A stretch of DNA of 64,000 nucleotides from an uncultured Solirubrobacterales bacterium (GCA_963724665.1 CAVRVH010000008.1:145648-209647); one strand, 5' to 3'; positions 36,945 to 50,594 are shown, counted from the stretch's first letter. Notes: generated by a model from the letters alone, not told the origin. Translations and numbers: made by a program.

Positions 36945-37376
36945 GTGTCCACGCTCGCGCTAGAGGGATCTAGCGCCGCCGGCTCATCCCGCATGGCCAG
37001 CGCGCTCCGCTATCTCGACCTGGTCCTGCTCGTGCTGGCCCTGCCGGTGTTCATCGCCGCCGATCTGCCGATGACCGCGTACGTGGTCGTCGCCCTTGTC
37101 TGGATCGCGCAGCACGGAGTGGAGCTGCTGACGAATCGTGCCGTGCGCCAGGCGGCAGCCCGGGGTGACCGGCGTGCCGCGATGGGTTGGGTCGGTGCCA
37201 CCACACTCGGACGCGTCTGGACCGTGACCCTGGCCGTCCTGCTCGTCGGTGTGCTCGACAGCAAGAACGCCGGCCTGGCCGCAGCAGTGCTCGCAGCGGT
37301 CCTCTTCACCGTCCACCTCGGCGGTCGCCTGCTGTCCAGGTTCATCGCCCCCCCGGAGGAGCCCGGCCCGGTCTGA
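36945..37376 (+). CDS. AtpI-like small membrane protein preceding the ATP synthase operon
   Basis: About 4 hydrophobic segments. The stop overlaps the atpB ATG (TGATG). The call rests on position and topology only. The start may be ATG 36993. Confidence 0.5.
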   Translation: MSTLALEGSSAAGSSRMASALRYLDLVLLVLALPVFIAADLPMTAYVVVALVWIAQHGVELLTNRAVRQAAARGDRRAAMGWVGATTLGRVWTVTLAVLLVGVLDSKNAGLAAAVLAAVLFTVHLGGRLLSRFIAPPEEPGPV

Positions 37377-38292
37377 TGGCCTCCTGGTCCACCAAGCAGA
37401 AGGTCCTCTTCGGCCTCGGCGTCTACTTCGCGGTCACGATCGCGCTGCTGCTGATCTTCGGCAACGACGGCAAGAACGACGAGTTCAAGCCCCAGGACGA
37501 GTTCAAGCTCCATGCATGGATCCCAATCCATATCGGGGGAATCGACTTCTCGATCAACCGCGCCGTCCTCTACCTGCTGCTCGCCAGCGCCCTGACGATC
37601 TTCGTGATGGTCTCCATCGCCCGCCGCATGGAGATGAAGCCGAACCGCGTCCAGACCGCGGTCGAGGTCGCCTACGACATGACCAAGAACAACATCACCG
37701 GCGGCAACCTCTCGGGCTCCTACGCGGCCAAGTGGTTCCCCTTCGTCGCGACCCTCTTCTTCTTCATCGCCTTCTCCAACATCCTCGGCTACCTGCCGCT
37801 GCCGACGAACAGCGCGGAGACGATCAATATCTTCGGCCTGGCGATCCCGTCGTTCGCGATCTACGCGGCGACGGCGAACATCTCGTTCTCGCTATCCCTA
37901 ACCCTCGTCGTCTGGATCAGCTACCACGTCGAGGGAATCAGGGCCAAGGGTTCTTCAAGTACCTGGGCAGCTTCCTTCCTGCCGGCCTCGAGGACATGAA
38001 CCCCATCGCCAAGGCCCTGATCTTCGGGATCGAGCTGCTCTCCCACTTCATGCGGCTCGTCTCGCTCTCAGTGCGACTGTTCGCCAACATCCTCGCCGGG
38101 CACCTGCTGCTCCTGTTCATGGGCGGCGGACTGGCCGTGCTGCTCGGCCTGTCCGCCCTCGGGGCGCTGACGTTCCCGCTCGCGTTTGTCTTCTTCATCT
38201 TGGAGGTGGGGCTGATCGCAACGCTTCAAGCGTTCATCTTCGCCACCCTCTCTTCCATCTACATCGGCGGCGCAGTCGCCGAATCGCATTAG
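37376..38292 (+). CDS. atpB: F0F1 ATP synthase subunit a, frameshifted at ~37949
   Basis: The N-terminal two thirds lie in one frame (…ISYHVEGIRAKG). The C-terminal part lies in the next frame (FFKYLGSFLPAGLEDMNP…SLSVRLFANILAGH…). This is consistent with one G missing from the run at 37948-37950. Confidence 0.9.
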
Positions 38293-38304
38293 AAAGGAGC
38301 AGTT

Positions 38305-38577
38305 GTGATTGACCCACTGACCATCGCCGCGACGACTGACGTCGGCACGGGGATCACTGACGCCGGCAAGGCGATCGCGCTCGGTGTCGGCGCCGGGCTC
38401 GGCTCGATCGGAGCCGGCATCGGGATCGGCTTCATCTTCGGTAAGGAGATCGAGTCGGTTGCACGCCAGCCCGAGATGAAGGACGACCTCCAGTCGATCC
38501 GCTGGCTGGGCTTCGCGCTCACCGAGGCGGTCGCCTTCTACACGTTCATCTTCGGCCTGATCGCCTTCTTCCTCTAG
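38305..38577 (+). CDS. atpE: F0F1 ATP synthase subunit c
   Basis: 90-aa hairpin with a GxGxGxG helix (GAGIGIGFIFG), the loop ARQPE and the carboxylate in LTEAVAF. Confidence 0.95.
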   Translation: MIDPLTIAATTDVGTGITDAGKAIALGVGAGLGSIGAGIGIGFIFGKEIESVARQPEMKDDLQSIRWLGFALTEAVAFYTFIFGLIAFFL

Positions 38578-38581
38578 GCCG

Positions 38582-39152
38582 TTGGAGCCGGCAACTCACA
38601 TAGTCGCCTCGGGCGGCAGCTTCCTCGTCTCGCCGAACCTCGGCCTGATGATCTGGACGCTGCTCGTCTTCGGGATCACCATGTACGTCCTCAGCAAGCT
38701 CGCGTTTCCCCGGATCCAGGAGGCGCTCGACAAGCGCGCCAACGCTGATCCGGGAGTCGATCGATGAGGCCGAGAAGACCCGCGCGGAGGCCAACGAGAT
38801 CCTGCAGGAGTACCGCGCGCGCCTGCGTGAGGCCCGCGAGCAGTCTGATGAGATCGTCGCCCGCGCCCGCAAGTCCGCCGATGCGGCGAAGGCGCAGGCG
38901 GCCGAGGAGGGTCGCGAGAAGCGGGAGGAGCTGCTCGCGGCCGCCCGCCGCGACATCGAGGCGGAGACGCGCCGCTCCCTGGAGCGCATCCGCAAGGAGG
39001 TCGCCGACCTCACGGTGCTGACGACCGAGAAGGTGACCCGCAAGACGCTCACCGGAGACGACCAGAAGCGCCTGATCGACGAGGCGCTGGCCGAGGTCGA
39101 CTTCTCCAGCCTGAGCGGCAACGGCACTGCTACCGAGGGGGCAGCGAGCTAG
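38582..39152 (+). CDS. atpF: F0F1 ATP synthase subunit b, frameshifted at ~38744
   Basis: The TM plus FPRIQEALDKRAN stops at 38765-38767. The expected continuation LIRESIDEAEKTRAEANEILQEYR…TEGAAS is open in the next frame from 38745 to TAG 39150-39152. Confidence 0.85.
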
Positions 39153-39154
39153 CG

Positions 39155-39688
39155 ATGGAGGAGATCGCCCGCGTATATGCGGACGCCCTCTTCGGGGTGG
39201 CCAAGGAGAAGGGCAAGCTCGACGCGATCCGCGATCAGCTCGGCCAGTTCGCCGATGCACTAAAGGGGTCCCGAGACCTGCAGCTCTTCTTCTTCAGCCC
39301 CTACTTCTCGTCAGCCGAGAAGGAGGACGGCCTCGCGAAGGCGGTCTCCGGCACGGATCCGGAGCTGCTCAACTTCCTCAACCTCCTGCTGGAGAAGCAC
39401 CGCATGCCGGTCCTCTTCCGGATCCGGAGGCAGTTCGACTCGCTCTGGGCCAAGGAGAACAAGCGCCTCGGCGTCACCGTGACCAGCGCCGTCGAGCTCG
39501 ACCCGGAGATCGCGAAGCGGATCGGCGCGGAGATCGAGGGGCAGACCGGGAACACCGTCGAGCTCGAGAGCAGGGTTGACCCGGACATCCTCGGTGGGCT
39601 GGTCGTGCAGGTGGGGAACATGGTCTTGGACACGAGCATCAAGAACAGGCTCGAGAAACTGAGAAAGAGCGTCGCCCGAGCGGCGTAG
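39155..39688 (+). CDS. atpH: F0F1 ATP synthase subunit delta
   Basis: 177 aa, OSCP-like ([11 protein letters not shown]…[16 protein letters not shown]), and in operon order. Confidence 0.9.
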   Translation: MEEIARVYADALFGVAKEKGKLDAIRDQLGQFADALKGSRDLQLFFFSPYFSSAEKEDGLAKAVSGTDPELLNFLNLLLEKHRMPVLFRIRRQFDSLWAKENKRLGVTVTSAVELDPEIAKRIGAEIEGQTGNTVELESRVDPDILGGLVVQVGNMVLDTSIKNRLEKLRKSVARAA

Positions 39689-39707
39689 GAAAGGAACGAA
39701 AGCCGCA

Positions 39708-41360
<1,653 letters not shown>

Positions 41361-41362
41361 CC

Positions 41363-42295
41363 ATGGCGACGCGCAAGGAAGTCAAGAACCGCATCTCCTC
41401 CGTCAAGAACGTGCAGAAGATCACGCGCGCGATGGAGATGGTCGCGGCGGCTCGTCTGCGCCGCGCGGAGCAGCGGATCGATGCGCTCCGCCCGTACGCG
41501 CGCGAGCTGCGCAAGATGACGCGTCAGGTCGCCGAGGCGGCGGGCGTCGAGGCGCGCAACCTGCCTGTGCTCCAGGAGCACGAAGAGCAGAAGACCGTCG
41601 GCATCGTCCTGGTCACCGGCGACCGCGGCCTGGCGGGGTCGTTCAACTCGCAGATCATCCGGGCGGGCGTCCAACTCCAGCGGGGGCTCGCCTCGGAGGG
41701 CAAGGAGGTCCGGTTCTCCGTCGTCGGCCGCCGCGGCGTCTCGACGATGCGCTTCCGCGGCGAGGATCTCCACGGCGAGTACGTGGGCTTCACCGACCGT
41801 CCAGCGTTCGCCAACGCCAGGGAGATCGCGGACGACCTCGTCGCCTCCTACGTCGACAAGGACCTGAACCGCGTCGATTTGATCTACAACCGGTACGTCT
41901 CGCCGCTCACCCAGTACGTGCGACGGCAGACGCTTCTCCCCGTCCAGCAGGCCGACGTGTTCGGCGAAGGGGTGGAGGAGCTGACACCGGATGAGCCGGA
42001 GGACCTCGACGAGGAGCTCGCCGAGGCTCATCGCAAGGCCCTCTGGGACTACGAGCCCGAACCGGAGGAGCTGCTGGCGGAGCTGATCCCGGAATACGCA
42101 CAGCTCAACATCTACCGGGCGCTGCTCGAGTCGACGGCGTCGGAGCACGGCTCGCGCATGACCGCGATGCGAAACGCCGCCGAGAACGCGAAGGACGTGA
42201 TCTCAGACCTCACCTTGGAGATGAACCGGGTACGGCAGGCGGAGATCACCCAGGAGATCCTCGAAGTAGTCGCTGGCGCGGAAGGCGTCAGCTAG
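41363..42295 (+). CDS. atpG: F0F1 ATP synthase subunit gamma
   Basis: IKNRISSVKNVQKITRAMEMVAAA at the N-terminus and ITQEILEVVAGAE at the C-terminus. Confidence 0.95.
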   Translation: MATRKEVKNRISSVKNVQKITRAMEMVAAARLRRAEQRIDALRPYARELRKMTRQVAEAAGVEARNLPVLQEHEEQKTVGIVLVTGDRGLAGSFNSQIIRAGVQLQRGLASEGKEVRFSVVGRRGVSTMRFRGEDLHGEYVGFTDRPAFANAREIADDLVASYVDKDLNRVDLIYNRYVSPLTQYVRRQTLLPVQQADVFGEGVEELTPDEPEDLDEELAEAHRKALWDYEPEPEELLAELIPEYAQLNIYRALLESTASEHGSRMTAMRNAAENAKDVISDLTLEMNRVRQAEITQEILEVVAGAEGVS

Positions 42296-42308
42296 AGACT
42301 TGGAATAG

Positions 42309-43823
<1,515 letters not shown>

Positions 43824-43826
43824 CCG

Positions 43827-44243
43827 ATGGCCGAGCACAACGTCAACGTTCGCGTCCTCACCCCGGAGGGGCAGGTCTTCGAGGGCGAGGTCGAGCAGCT
43901 CTCCACCCGCACCGCGGTCGGCGAGCTCGGCATCCTGGCCAACCACGTGCCCGTGCTGGCGCGACTGCGCCCAACGGAGCTGCGCCTCCACATGCCCGGG
44001 GGCGAGGTCCAGCGCTGGGCACAGGCCGAGGGCTGGCTGCAGGTATTCGCCAACCGCGCCACGGTGCTCGTTGGCGAGGCGGTGCCGCCTGACCAGCTCG
44101 ATCAGGGCGAGCTCCGCAGCCGGATCGAGGACGCGGACGCCCGGCTGAAGGAGTCCGATGAAGGCTCCGGTGCCCACACACAGGCGCAGAAGGACAAGGA
44201 GCGCGCCGAAGCATTTCTCGCCGTAGCCGGCGCGGATTCCTAA
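43827..44243 (+). CDS. atpC: F0F1 ATP synthase subunit epsilon
   Basis: 138 aa with VRVLTPEGQVFEGEV…GILANHVP. It is the last gene of the operon. Confidence 0.9.
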   Translation: MAEHNVNVRVLTPEGQVFEGEVEQLSTRTAVGELGILANHVPVLARLRPTELRLHMPGGEVQRWAQAEGWLQVFANRATVLVGEAVPPDQLDQGELRSRIEDADARLKESDEGSGAHTQAQKDKERAEAFLAVAGADS

Positions 44244-44260
44244 GCACCTAGCATCCGTGC

Positions 44261-45343
44261 ATGGACGAGCTTGCGCTCGCGCAACGCCTGATCGCTTTCG
44301 ACACCTCGAATGCCGAGGGGCTCCGCCGCGCGGCGGAGTTCGTTGGCGGCTGGCTCGAGTCGAACGACATCAAGGCGTCCCAGACCGAGTCGCGCGGGCT
44401 GCCGGTCACCACGGCAGAGGTGGGGCCTCCAGACGCACCCACCCTGGTGCTGCACGGTCACCTGGACGTGGTCCCGGGCGGCCGCGATCAGTTCGAGCCT
44501 CGCATCGAGGGCGACCAGCTCCTCGGCCGTGGCTCATATGACATGAAGGGCGCGCTGGCGGTGATGCTGGTCGTCCTGCACGATCTCCGCGACCAGGAGG
44601 ACGTCCGCCTGCGGCTCGGCATCGTCTCGGACGAGGAGTCTGAGGAGGAGGAAAACCGCGGCTCGGATGCGCTCGTGGCCGGTGGCTTCATCGGTGACTT
44701 CGCGATCACGGGCGAGCCCACGAACCTCCAGGTCGGCGTGCAGGCGAAGGGCGTTCTCGCGATGCGGCTCGAGGTCCAGGGCCGTTCAGCGCATGGAGCC
44801 ACGCCATGGCTCGGCGATAATGCTGTCGTTAAGGCGGTTGAGGTATTCAGGGGCATCGAATCGCTACCGTTTGCGCGCCACAGCTCTGCCCTGTTCGACC
44901 GCCCCTCCATCAATCTCGGTCGGATCATGGGCGGCGACGCCCTGAACAAAGTGCCCGATACCTGCGTCATAGACGTCGATGTTCGCTTCCTGCCCGACCA
45001 GGATCCAGACGAGATCCTCGAGCAGGTGAGAGGCCTGCCTGACACCCGCGTGCTCGCCACCTTCCGTCGCCCGCCGGCGGTCGTCGAGCCCGACTCGCCG
45101 TTCGTGCAGGGCCTCTGCGAGGCGGCCTCGCCCCATCATCCCGAGCGGGTGATGAGCGTCGGCCGCGATGGCGCCTCCGACGCGGTCTCCTTCCTGGCGG
45201 TGGGCGTGCCCGCCGTCGAGTTCGGGCCCGTCGGTGACGGGCACCACGGCCCCCGCGAGTGGGTCTCGATCAGCTCGCTCCGCAGCTACCGCCAGGCCCT
45301 CGAGGGCTTTGTGGAGAGCTTCCCCGGGATGGCCGCCGCATGA
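44261..45343 (+). CDS. M20-family metallopeptidase (ArgE/DapE/ACY1 type)
   Basis: LHGHLDVVP, RGSYDMKGALA, SDEESEEEE…GS and the GEPT motif. Confidence 0.85.
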   Translation: MDELALAQRLIAFDTSNAEGLRRAAEFVGGWLESNDIKASQTESRGLPVTTAEVGPPDAPTLVLHGHLDVVPGGRDQFEPRIEGDQLLGRGSYDMKGALAVMLVVLHDLRDQEDVRLRLGIVSDEESEEEENRGSDALVAGGFIGDFAITGEPTNLQVGVQAKGVLAMRLEVQGRSAHGATPWLGDNAVVKAVEVFRGIESLPFARHSSALFDRPSINLGRIMGGDALNKVPDTCVIDVDVRFLPDQDPDEILEQVRGLPDTRVLATFRRPPAVVEPDSPFVQGLCEAASPHHPERVMSVGRDGASDAVSFLAVGVPAVEFGPVGDGHHGPREWVSISSLRSYRQALEGFVESFPGMAAA

Positions 45344-47241
45344 GCCCCCGGAAGAAGAAGGACGACGAGGAGCCGCGCGCGGACGATACCCAGGAGTACG
45401 AGCTCGGCGACGACTTCCTCGAGGACCGCGACGACGAGGAGGTCGAGGAGGAAGAGGTCGACGACGAGGATGTCGACGACGCGGAGGATCTCGACGAGGA
45501 GGAGGACGCGGACGAGGATTACGACGACGAGGGCGACGAGGAGCTCGACGAGGAGGACGAGCTCGAGCACGTCGTCTCCGCCGAGACGCAGGAGTGGGAT
45601 GGCCTGGAGGCAGCCGAGGCCGAGGCCGACGAGCCGACCCTGGTGGCTTCGGCGGGCGAGCGCGTCAAGCAGGCAGGCTCCGCAATCACCTCCGGCTTCG
45701 AGAAGGTCGGGGGAAAGAAGGTCACCTCGGGGTTCAAGGCGGTTCGCAGCCACCTCGGCTTCCCGGTCTGGCTGCGCTTCCTGACTGCCTCATTCGTGAT
45801 CGTCGCCGCGGTTGCGGGAGCGACCTCGGCGAGCCTGATTCTCTACCTGTCGGATATCGCGAATGCCCTGAAGAACCACAGCGAGATCCAGGGGTTGGAC
45901 CCGTTCCTCGCCCACACCACGGGCTCGGGGCCACAGACGATCCTGATCATCGGCTCGGACAGGCGCAACCAGTCCATCAGCGGCAAGTTCGGCCTCTCCG
46001 ACACGACGATGCTGCTTCGGCTCGATCCGAACCGCAACGCGATCGCTCTGCTCTCGATTCCTCGCGACCTGAAGGTCGACATCCCGGGCGTGGGCACCGA
46101 CAAGATCAACGCCGCGTACTCGATTGGCGGCCCCAAGCTGACACTCCGCGTCGTCAAGAACCTCACGGGCCTGCAGGTCAACCACCTCGTGAACGTCGAC
46201 TTCACGGGGTTCGCCCGGGCCGTGAACGCGATCGGCTGCGTCTACGTCGACGTCGACCGCCGGTACTACATCGCGCCGAACTCGGGCACCTCGGAGATCA
46301 ACCTGCAGCCCGGATATCAGGCGCTCTGCGGGTTCGATGCCCTGTCCTACGCCCGCTACCGCCACACGGACAACGACATCGTCCGCGCTGCCCGTCAGCA
46401 GACGTTCCTGCGCGAGGCGCGCGCCAAGGTCCCACCATCCAAGCTGATCGAGGACCGCAAGAAGCTGGTCAAGATCTTCACCACCTACACCTCCTCTGAC
46501 ATTGGCTCCGCCGAGGAGATGCTCCAGGTGCTGAGGCTCTTCTTCGACCTCCGCGGCGCTCCGATCAAGGAGATCCACTTCAACGGGACACTCGGTCCGT
46601 CCTACGTCACGGCGACGCCGGAGGAGATCCACACGGCGGTGAACCAATTCCTCGGTGTGGAAGGAACTCCCGGGCCCGCCGGCTCGAGCGCGAAGCCCAA
46701 GAAGGCCGTGACCCCCCAGCAGCCGCCGGATCACACGAAGTCCAAGCCGGCGACCAAGAAGAAGTCCTCGGGCTCATCGCTCCCGAGCACGCTCACTCGG
46801 ACCACCTACGGCAAGCAGCTCGCGCGGTCGATCAGGGCCCGCAAGGAGAAGGTTCCGGTCTACTACCCGACCCTGCTCGAATCGGGCAGCGACTACGCGC
46901 AGAAGCCACGCGTCTACAAGATCAACGGCAAGGGGGACGGGGCGCCACCGCACGACGAGCGCGCCGCCTACAAGTGGGTCTTCTCCCTACCCACCCTGGG
47001 CGACTACTACGGGTTCGAGGGCACCAGGTGGAAGGACCCGCCGATCCTCAGCAATTCGAGCGAGACGAGGACGATCGGGGACCGCGACTACAAGCTCTAC
47101 TACGACGGCGACAGGCTGCGGATGGTGGCCTGGCAGACCGACCAGGGCTCCTTCTGGGTCTCGAACTCGCTGATAGAGACCGTTCCGAACGAGGACATGC
47201 TGAAGATCGCCGTGGGCTTCCGGCAACTTCCGGGGACCTGA
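45340..47241 (+). CDS. LytR-CpsA-Psr (LCP) family cell-wall glycopolymer ligase with polyacidic N-terminus
   Basis: An ATGA overlap links it to the upstream gene. It has a ~100-aa D/E-rich cytoplasmic head, one TM and an LCP core (ILIIGSDRR…SDTTMLLRLDP…LLSIPRDL…KINAAYSIGGP). Confidence 0.85.
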   Translation: MSPRKKKDDEEPRADDTQEYELGDDFLEDRDDEEVEEEEVDDEDVDDAEDLDEEEDADEDYDDEGDEELDEEDELEHVVSAETQEWDGLEAAEAEADEPTLVASAGERVKQAGSAITSGFEKVGGKKVTSGFKAVRSHLGFPVWLRFLTASFVIVAAVAGATSASLILYLSDIANALKNHSEIQGLDPFLAHTTGSGPQTILIIGSDRRNQSISGKFGLSDTTMLLRLDPNRNAIALLSIPRDLKVDIPGVGTDKINAAYSIGGPKLTLRVVKNLTGLQVNHLVNVDFTGFARAVNAIGCVYVDVDRRYYIAPNSGTSEINLQPGYQALCGFDALSYARYRHTDNDIVRAARQQTFLREARAKVPPSKLIEDRKKLVKIFTTYTSSDIGSAEEMLQVLRLFFDLRGAPIKEIHFNGTLGPSYVTATPEEIHTAVNQFLGVEGTPGPAGSSAKPKKAVTPQQPPDHTKSKPATKKKSSGSSLPSTLTRTTYGKQLARSIRARKEKVPVYYPTLLESGSDYAQKPRVYKINGKGDGAPPHDERAAYKWVFSLPTLGDYYGFEGTRWKDPPILSNSSETRTIGDRDYKLYYDGDRLRMVAWQTDQGSFWVSNSLIETVPNEDMLKIAVGFRQLPGT

Positions 47242-47252
47242 CCCCGGGCGAG

Positions 47253-48590
47253 GTGAGCGTGAGCGAGAGGGAGCCGATCGGGGTGGTGGGGGCCGGCTGG
47301 GTCGGGCTGGTGACCGCCGCCTGCTTCGCCGAACTCGGACATCGGGTCGTCGTTCGCGAGATCGTCCCGGAGAAGGTCGAATCGCTCCGGCGCGGCGAGG
47401 TCCCCATCCACGAGCCGGAGCTGCCCGAGCTGATCGAGCGCAACCGCGAGCGTCTCACCTTCGCGACGGAGATGGCCGAGCTGCTCGACGGGCCGCGGCT
47501 GATCTTCGTCTGCGTGCAGACGCCGCCCACCTACTCGGGGGATGCCGATCTCTCGGCGGTGCAGCGAGCGGTCGAGGAGATCGGCGAACCTGACGGCAAG
47601 GCACTGGTGATGAAGAGCACCGTCCCCGTCGGGACCGGCCGCACCATCCACCGTGATGCTCCCGACCTGGCCTACGTGTCGTGCCCCGAGTTCCTCAAGG
47701 AGGGGACCGCCGTCAAGGACTTCCTACAGCCGGACCGTGTGGTGATCGGGTTCGATGAGGGCGACGAGTGGGCCGCCGACGCGGTGGCCGCCGCATACGA
47801 GCCCCTCGGCGCGCCGATCGTCCGCACCGACCTCTCCAGCGCGGAGATGATCAAGCTCGCGTCCAACGCATACCTGGCGACCAAGATCAGCTTCATCAAC
47901 GAGATCGCCAACGTCTGCGACGAGGTCGGGGCTGACGTCACCGAGGTCGCCCGGGGGATGGGGCTGGATCCGCGGATCGGAGATCGTTTCCTGAACGCGG
48001 GCCTCGGCTTCGGCGGTTCCTGCTTCCCCAAGGACACCCAGGCGCTCAAGATCCTCGCCGGGAACAGCGGGTACCACTTCCAGCTCCTCAGCTCGGTGAT
48101 CGAGGTGAATGAGCTCCAGAAGCGACGGGTGATGTCGAAGCTCTCCAAGCACCTCGATTCGCTGGTCGGCAAGCGGGTCGCGCTCCTCGGCCTGGCGTTC
48201 AAGCCGGACACCGACGACATGCGCGAAGCGTCGAGTCTGGTGCTGGCGGCCCGCCTCGAGGGAGAGGGGGCAACGGTGACGGCCTTCGACCCTGTGGCTC
48301 AGCGGGCGGCCGGCGAGCTGCTGCCGAGCGTGGAGATGGCCGGATCGGCCATGGAGGCGCTGGAGGGCGCCGACGCAGCGGTTCTGGTCACCGAGTGGCC
48401 GGACTTCGCAGGGCTCGACTGGGCCGAGGTCGCCAAACGGATGGCGAACCCGCTGCTGGTGGACGGCCGGAACTTCCTCGAGCCGGACGCAGTTCGGTCG
48501 GCCGGGATCGTCTACGAGGCAATCGGGCGCCCGAGCGCCCCTGAGACTCGCGAAGCCAGCGGACGCGAAGCGGAGCAGGCGAAGCGTTGA
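47253..48590 (+). CDS. ugd: UDP-glucose 6-dehydrogenase
   Basis: GTG 47253. It has the Rossmann motif IGVVGAGWVGLVTAACFAELGH and the catalytic Cys motif GFGGSCFPKD. Confidence 0.9.
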   Translation: MSVSEREPIGVVGAGWVGLVTAACFAELGHRVVVREIVPEKVESLRRGEVPIHEPELPELIERNRERLTFATEMAELLDGPRLIFVCVQTPPTYSGDADLSAVQRAVEEIGEPDGKALVMKSTVPVGTGRTIHRDAPDLAYVSCPEFLKEGTAVKDFLQPDRVVIGFDEGDEWAADAVAAAYEPLGAPIVRTDLSSAEMIKLASNAYLATKISFINEIANVCDEVGADVTEVARGMGLDPRIGDRFLNAGLGFGGSCFPKDTQALKILAGNSGYHFQLLSSVIEVNELQKRRVMSKLSKHLDSLVGKRVALLGLAFKPDTDDMREASSLVLAARLEGEGATVTAFDPVAQRAAGELLPSVEMAGSAMEALEGADAAVLVTEWPDFAGLDWAEVAKRMANPLLVDGRNFLEPDAVRSAGIVYEAIGRPSAPETREASGREAEQAKR

Positions 48591-48600
48591 TGGAGCTCGG

Positions 48601-49584
48601 TTGATGCAGGCACTGGTGCTGGCCGGGGGCGAGGGTACTCGCCTGCGGCCGCTCACCTACACCGTCGCCAAGCCGGTGCTGCCCCTGGTCGGCCGTCCAC
48701 ACATCGCCTACGTGATCGATTGGCTCGCCCGCCACGGCGTCGACGACGTGATCGTCTCCTGCGGGCACCTGGCCGAGGGGATGCGGAGCGTTCTCGGCTC
48801 GGTCGAGCTCGGCGTCAAGATCCGGTTCGCCGAGGAGCCCGACCCGCGCGGCACCGCCGGCGCGATTCGATTCGCCGAGGACATGCTCGCCGAGCGGTTC
48901 TTCGTCCTCAACGGCGACGTCCTCTGCGATCTCGACCTGACGGCCCAGATCAAGCAGCACGAGAGCACGGGCGCGCGGGCTACGATCGCCCTCTATCCGG
49001 TGCAGGACCCCGCGGGCTACGGCCTCGTCCATCGCCATGACAACGGCGAGATCACGGAGTTCCTCGAGAAGCCCGAGCCCGACCAGATCGATACCGACGA
49101 GATCAACGCGGGCGCCTACCTGCTGGAGCGCTCGGTCCTCGACGAGATCCCGCCCGACAGGGAGGTCTCGATCGAGCGCGAGGTCTTCCCAAAGCTGATC
49201 GGGAGCGGCCTCTACGGGATCCGGCTGGAGGGCTACTGGATCGACATCGGGACACCCGATCGCTTCCTGGAGGCCAACTGGGACATCCTCGAAGGACGGG
49301 TCGAAACGGTCCACGGGGAGTTCGATGAGCCGACGATGGTGGGGGAGGGGTGTGAGCTCTCCGAGTCCGCGGAGATTCGCTCGCCCGCTGTGATCGGCAG
49401 CGGCTCCCGCATCGGTGACGGCGCCGTGGTCGAGCGGTCCGTTCTGCTCGATCGCTGCGTGGTCGGGGACGGCGCGATGGTCTCGAACAGCATCCTCAGC
49501 GCCGGTGTGACGGTGGAGGCCGGGACCGAGCTCGACGGCGCCGTGATCGGGGAGGGCGAGACCGTGGAGGGAGCCCGAGCGTGA
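48601..49584 (+). CDS. NDP-sugar pyrophosphorylase (mannose-1-phosphate guanylyltransferase/glucose-1-phosphate nucleotidyltransferase-like) with C-terminal LbH domain
   Basis: The N-terminus is [26 protein letters not shown] and the C-terminus carries hexapeptide repeats. Confidence 0.85.
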   Translation: MMQALVLAGGEGTRLRPLTYTVAKPVLPLVGRPHIAYVIDWLARHGVDDVIVSCGHLAEGMRSVLGSVELGVKIRFAEEPDPRGTAGAIRFAEDMLAERFFVLNGDVLCDLDLTAQIKQHESTGARATIALYPVQDPAGYGLVHRHDNGEITEFLEKPEPDQIDTDEINAGAYLLERSVLDEIPPDREVSIEREVFPKLIGSGLYGIRLEGYWIDIGTPDRFLEANWDILEGRVETVHGEFDEPTMVGEGCELSESAEIRSPAVIGSGSRIGDGAVVERSVLLDRCVVGDGAMVSNSILSAGVTVEAGTELDGAVIGEGETVEGARA

Positions 49585-50594
49585 ACGTGATCGGCGGAGA
49601 CATGCTGGATGCGGTTCGCGCGATGCCGGATCACCTGCGCGATGCGCTCTGGCGGATCGAGACGGCCCGGGCGGCCACGATGGAGGCTCCGGCGGTCTTC
49701 GTCTGCGGCATGGGCGGCTCGGCGATCGGGGGCGATCTCGCGATCGCGGCCCTCGCGGACAGGCTCACCAAGCCGATGCTGGTCTGCCGGGGCTACGAGC
49801 TGCCGGTCTGGGCACCGGCCGGCTCCGCCGTTCTGTGCTCCAGCTACTCGGGCAACACCGAGGAGACCCTCGCCTGCTACGCGGCGGCCGAGGCGCTCGG
49901 CGCGCAGCGGCTGGTCGCCACGACCGGGGGCGAGCTCGCCGACTCCGCGCGCGCCGACGACGTGCCGGTGATCGGCCTCCCCGCGGGCCTCGAGCCCCGG
50001 GCTGCGGTCGGATACATGTTCTGCGTCGCCTCCGAGCTGGCCGCGCTCGCCCTGGCCGGCCCGCGGCTGCACACCGAGATCGACGCGACCGCATCCCGCC
50101 TCGGCGAGTCCTTCGAGGCCGCGCAGGCTCGCGCGGCCGAGCTGTCGGCGCAGATCGGAGACGCGATTCCCGTCGTCTACGGGAGCGACCTGACCGCCCC
50201 GGTCGCCTACCGGTGGAAGTGCCAGATCAACGAGAATGCCAAGGAGCCTGCCTTCTCCAATGTGCTGCCCGAGGCCGATCACAACGAGCTCGAGGGCTGG
50301 GGGGGCGCCGACGGCCGCTGCGCGGCGATCTTCCTCGGCGACCGCGATCAGCACCCGCGGGAGCGCAAGCGCTTCGAGCTGACCGCCAAGGCGATCGAGC
50401 CCCACGCGGCGGCTGTGATCGACCTCGAGACGGAGGGCGAGACGCGCACCGACCGCATCCTGCACGCCGTCATGCTCGGCGACCTGCTTGCGATCGAGCG
50501 GGCCAACGCGCGAGGCGTCGATGCGATGGCGGTCGACGTGCTCGAGGGATTCAAAAAAGAGATGGGGCGACCTTCAGAGGAGGAGAGCGGATGA
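49581..50594 (+). CDS. Bifunctional phosphoglucose/phosphomannose isomerase (SIS domain)
   Basis: [21 protein letters not shown] and the C-terminal PGI/PMI motif [16 protein letters not shown]…[11 protein letters not shown]. Confidence 0.8.
   Translation: MNVIGGDMLDAVRAMPDHLRDALWRIETARAATMEAPAVFVCGMGGSAIGGDLAIAALADRLTKPMLVCRGYELPVWAPAGSAVLCSSYSGNTEETLACYAAAEALGAQRLVATTGGELADSARADDVPVIGLPAGLEPRAAVGYMFCVASELAALALAGPRLHTEIDATASRLGESFEAAQARAAELSAQIGDAIPVVYGSDLTAPVAYRWKCQINENAKEPAFSNVLPEADHNELEGWGGADGRCAAIFLGDRDQHPRERKRFELTAKAIEPHAAAVIDLETEGETRTDRILHAVMLGDLLAIERANARGVDAMAVDVLEGFKKEMGRPSEEESG

Noticed and set aside
37940-38770. Programmed ribosomal frameshifting or transcriptional slippage to explain the atpB and atpF breaks, by analogy with prfB.
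   Set aside because: No slippery heptamer, internal SD or stimulatory structure is visible at either site. The two lesions are of different types. The same window has unrelated frameshifts in prmC and wecA. Indel errors or mutations are more parsimonious.
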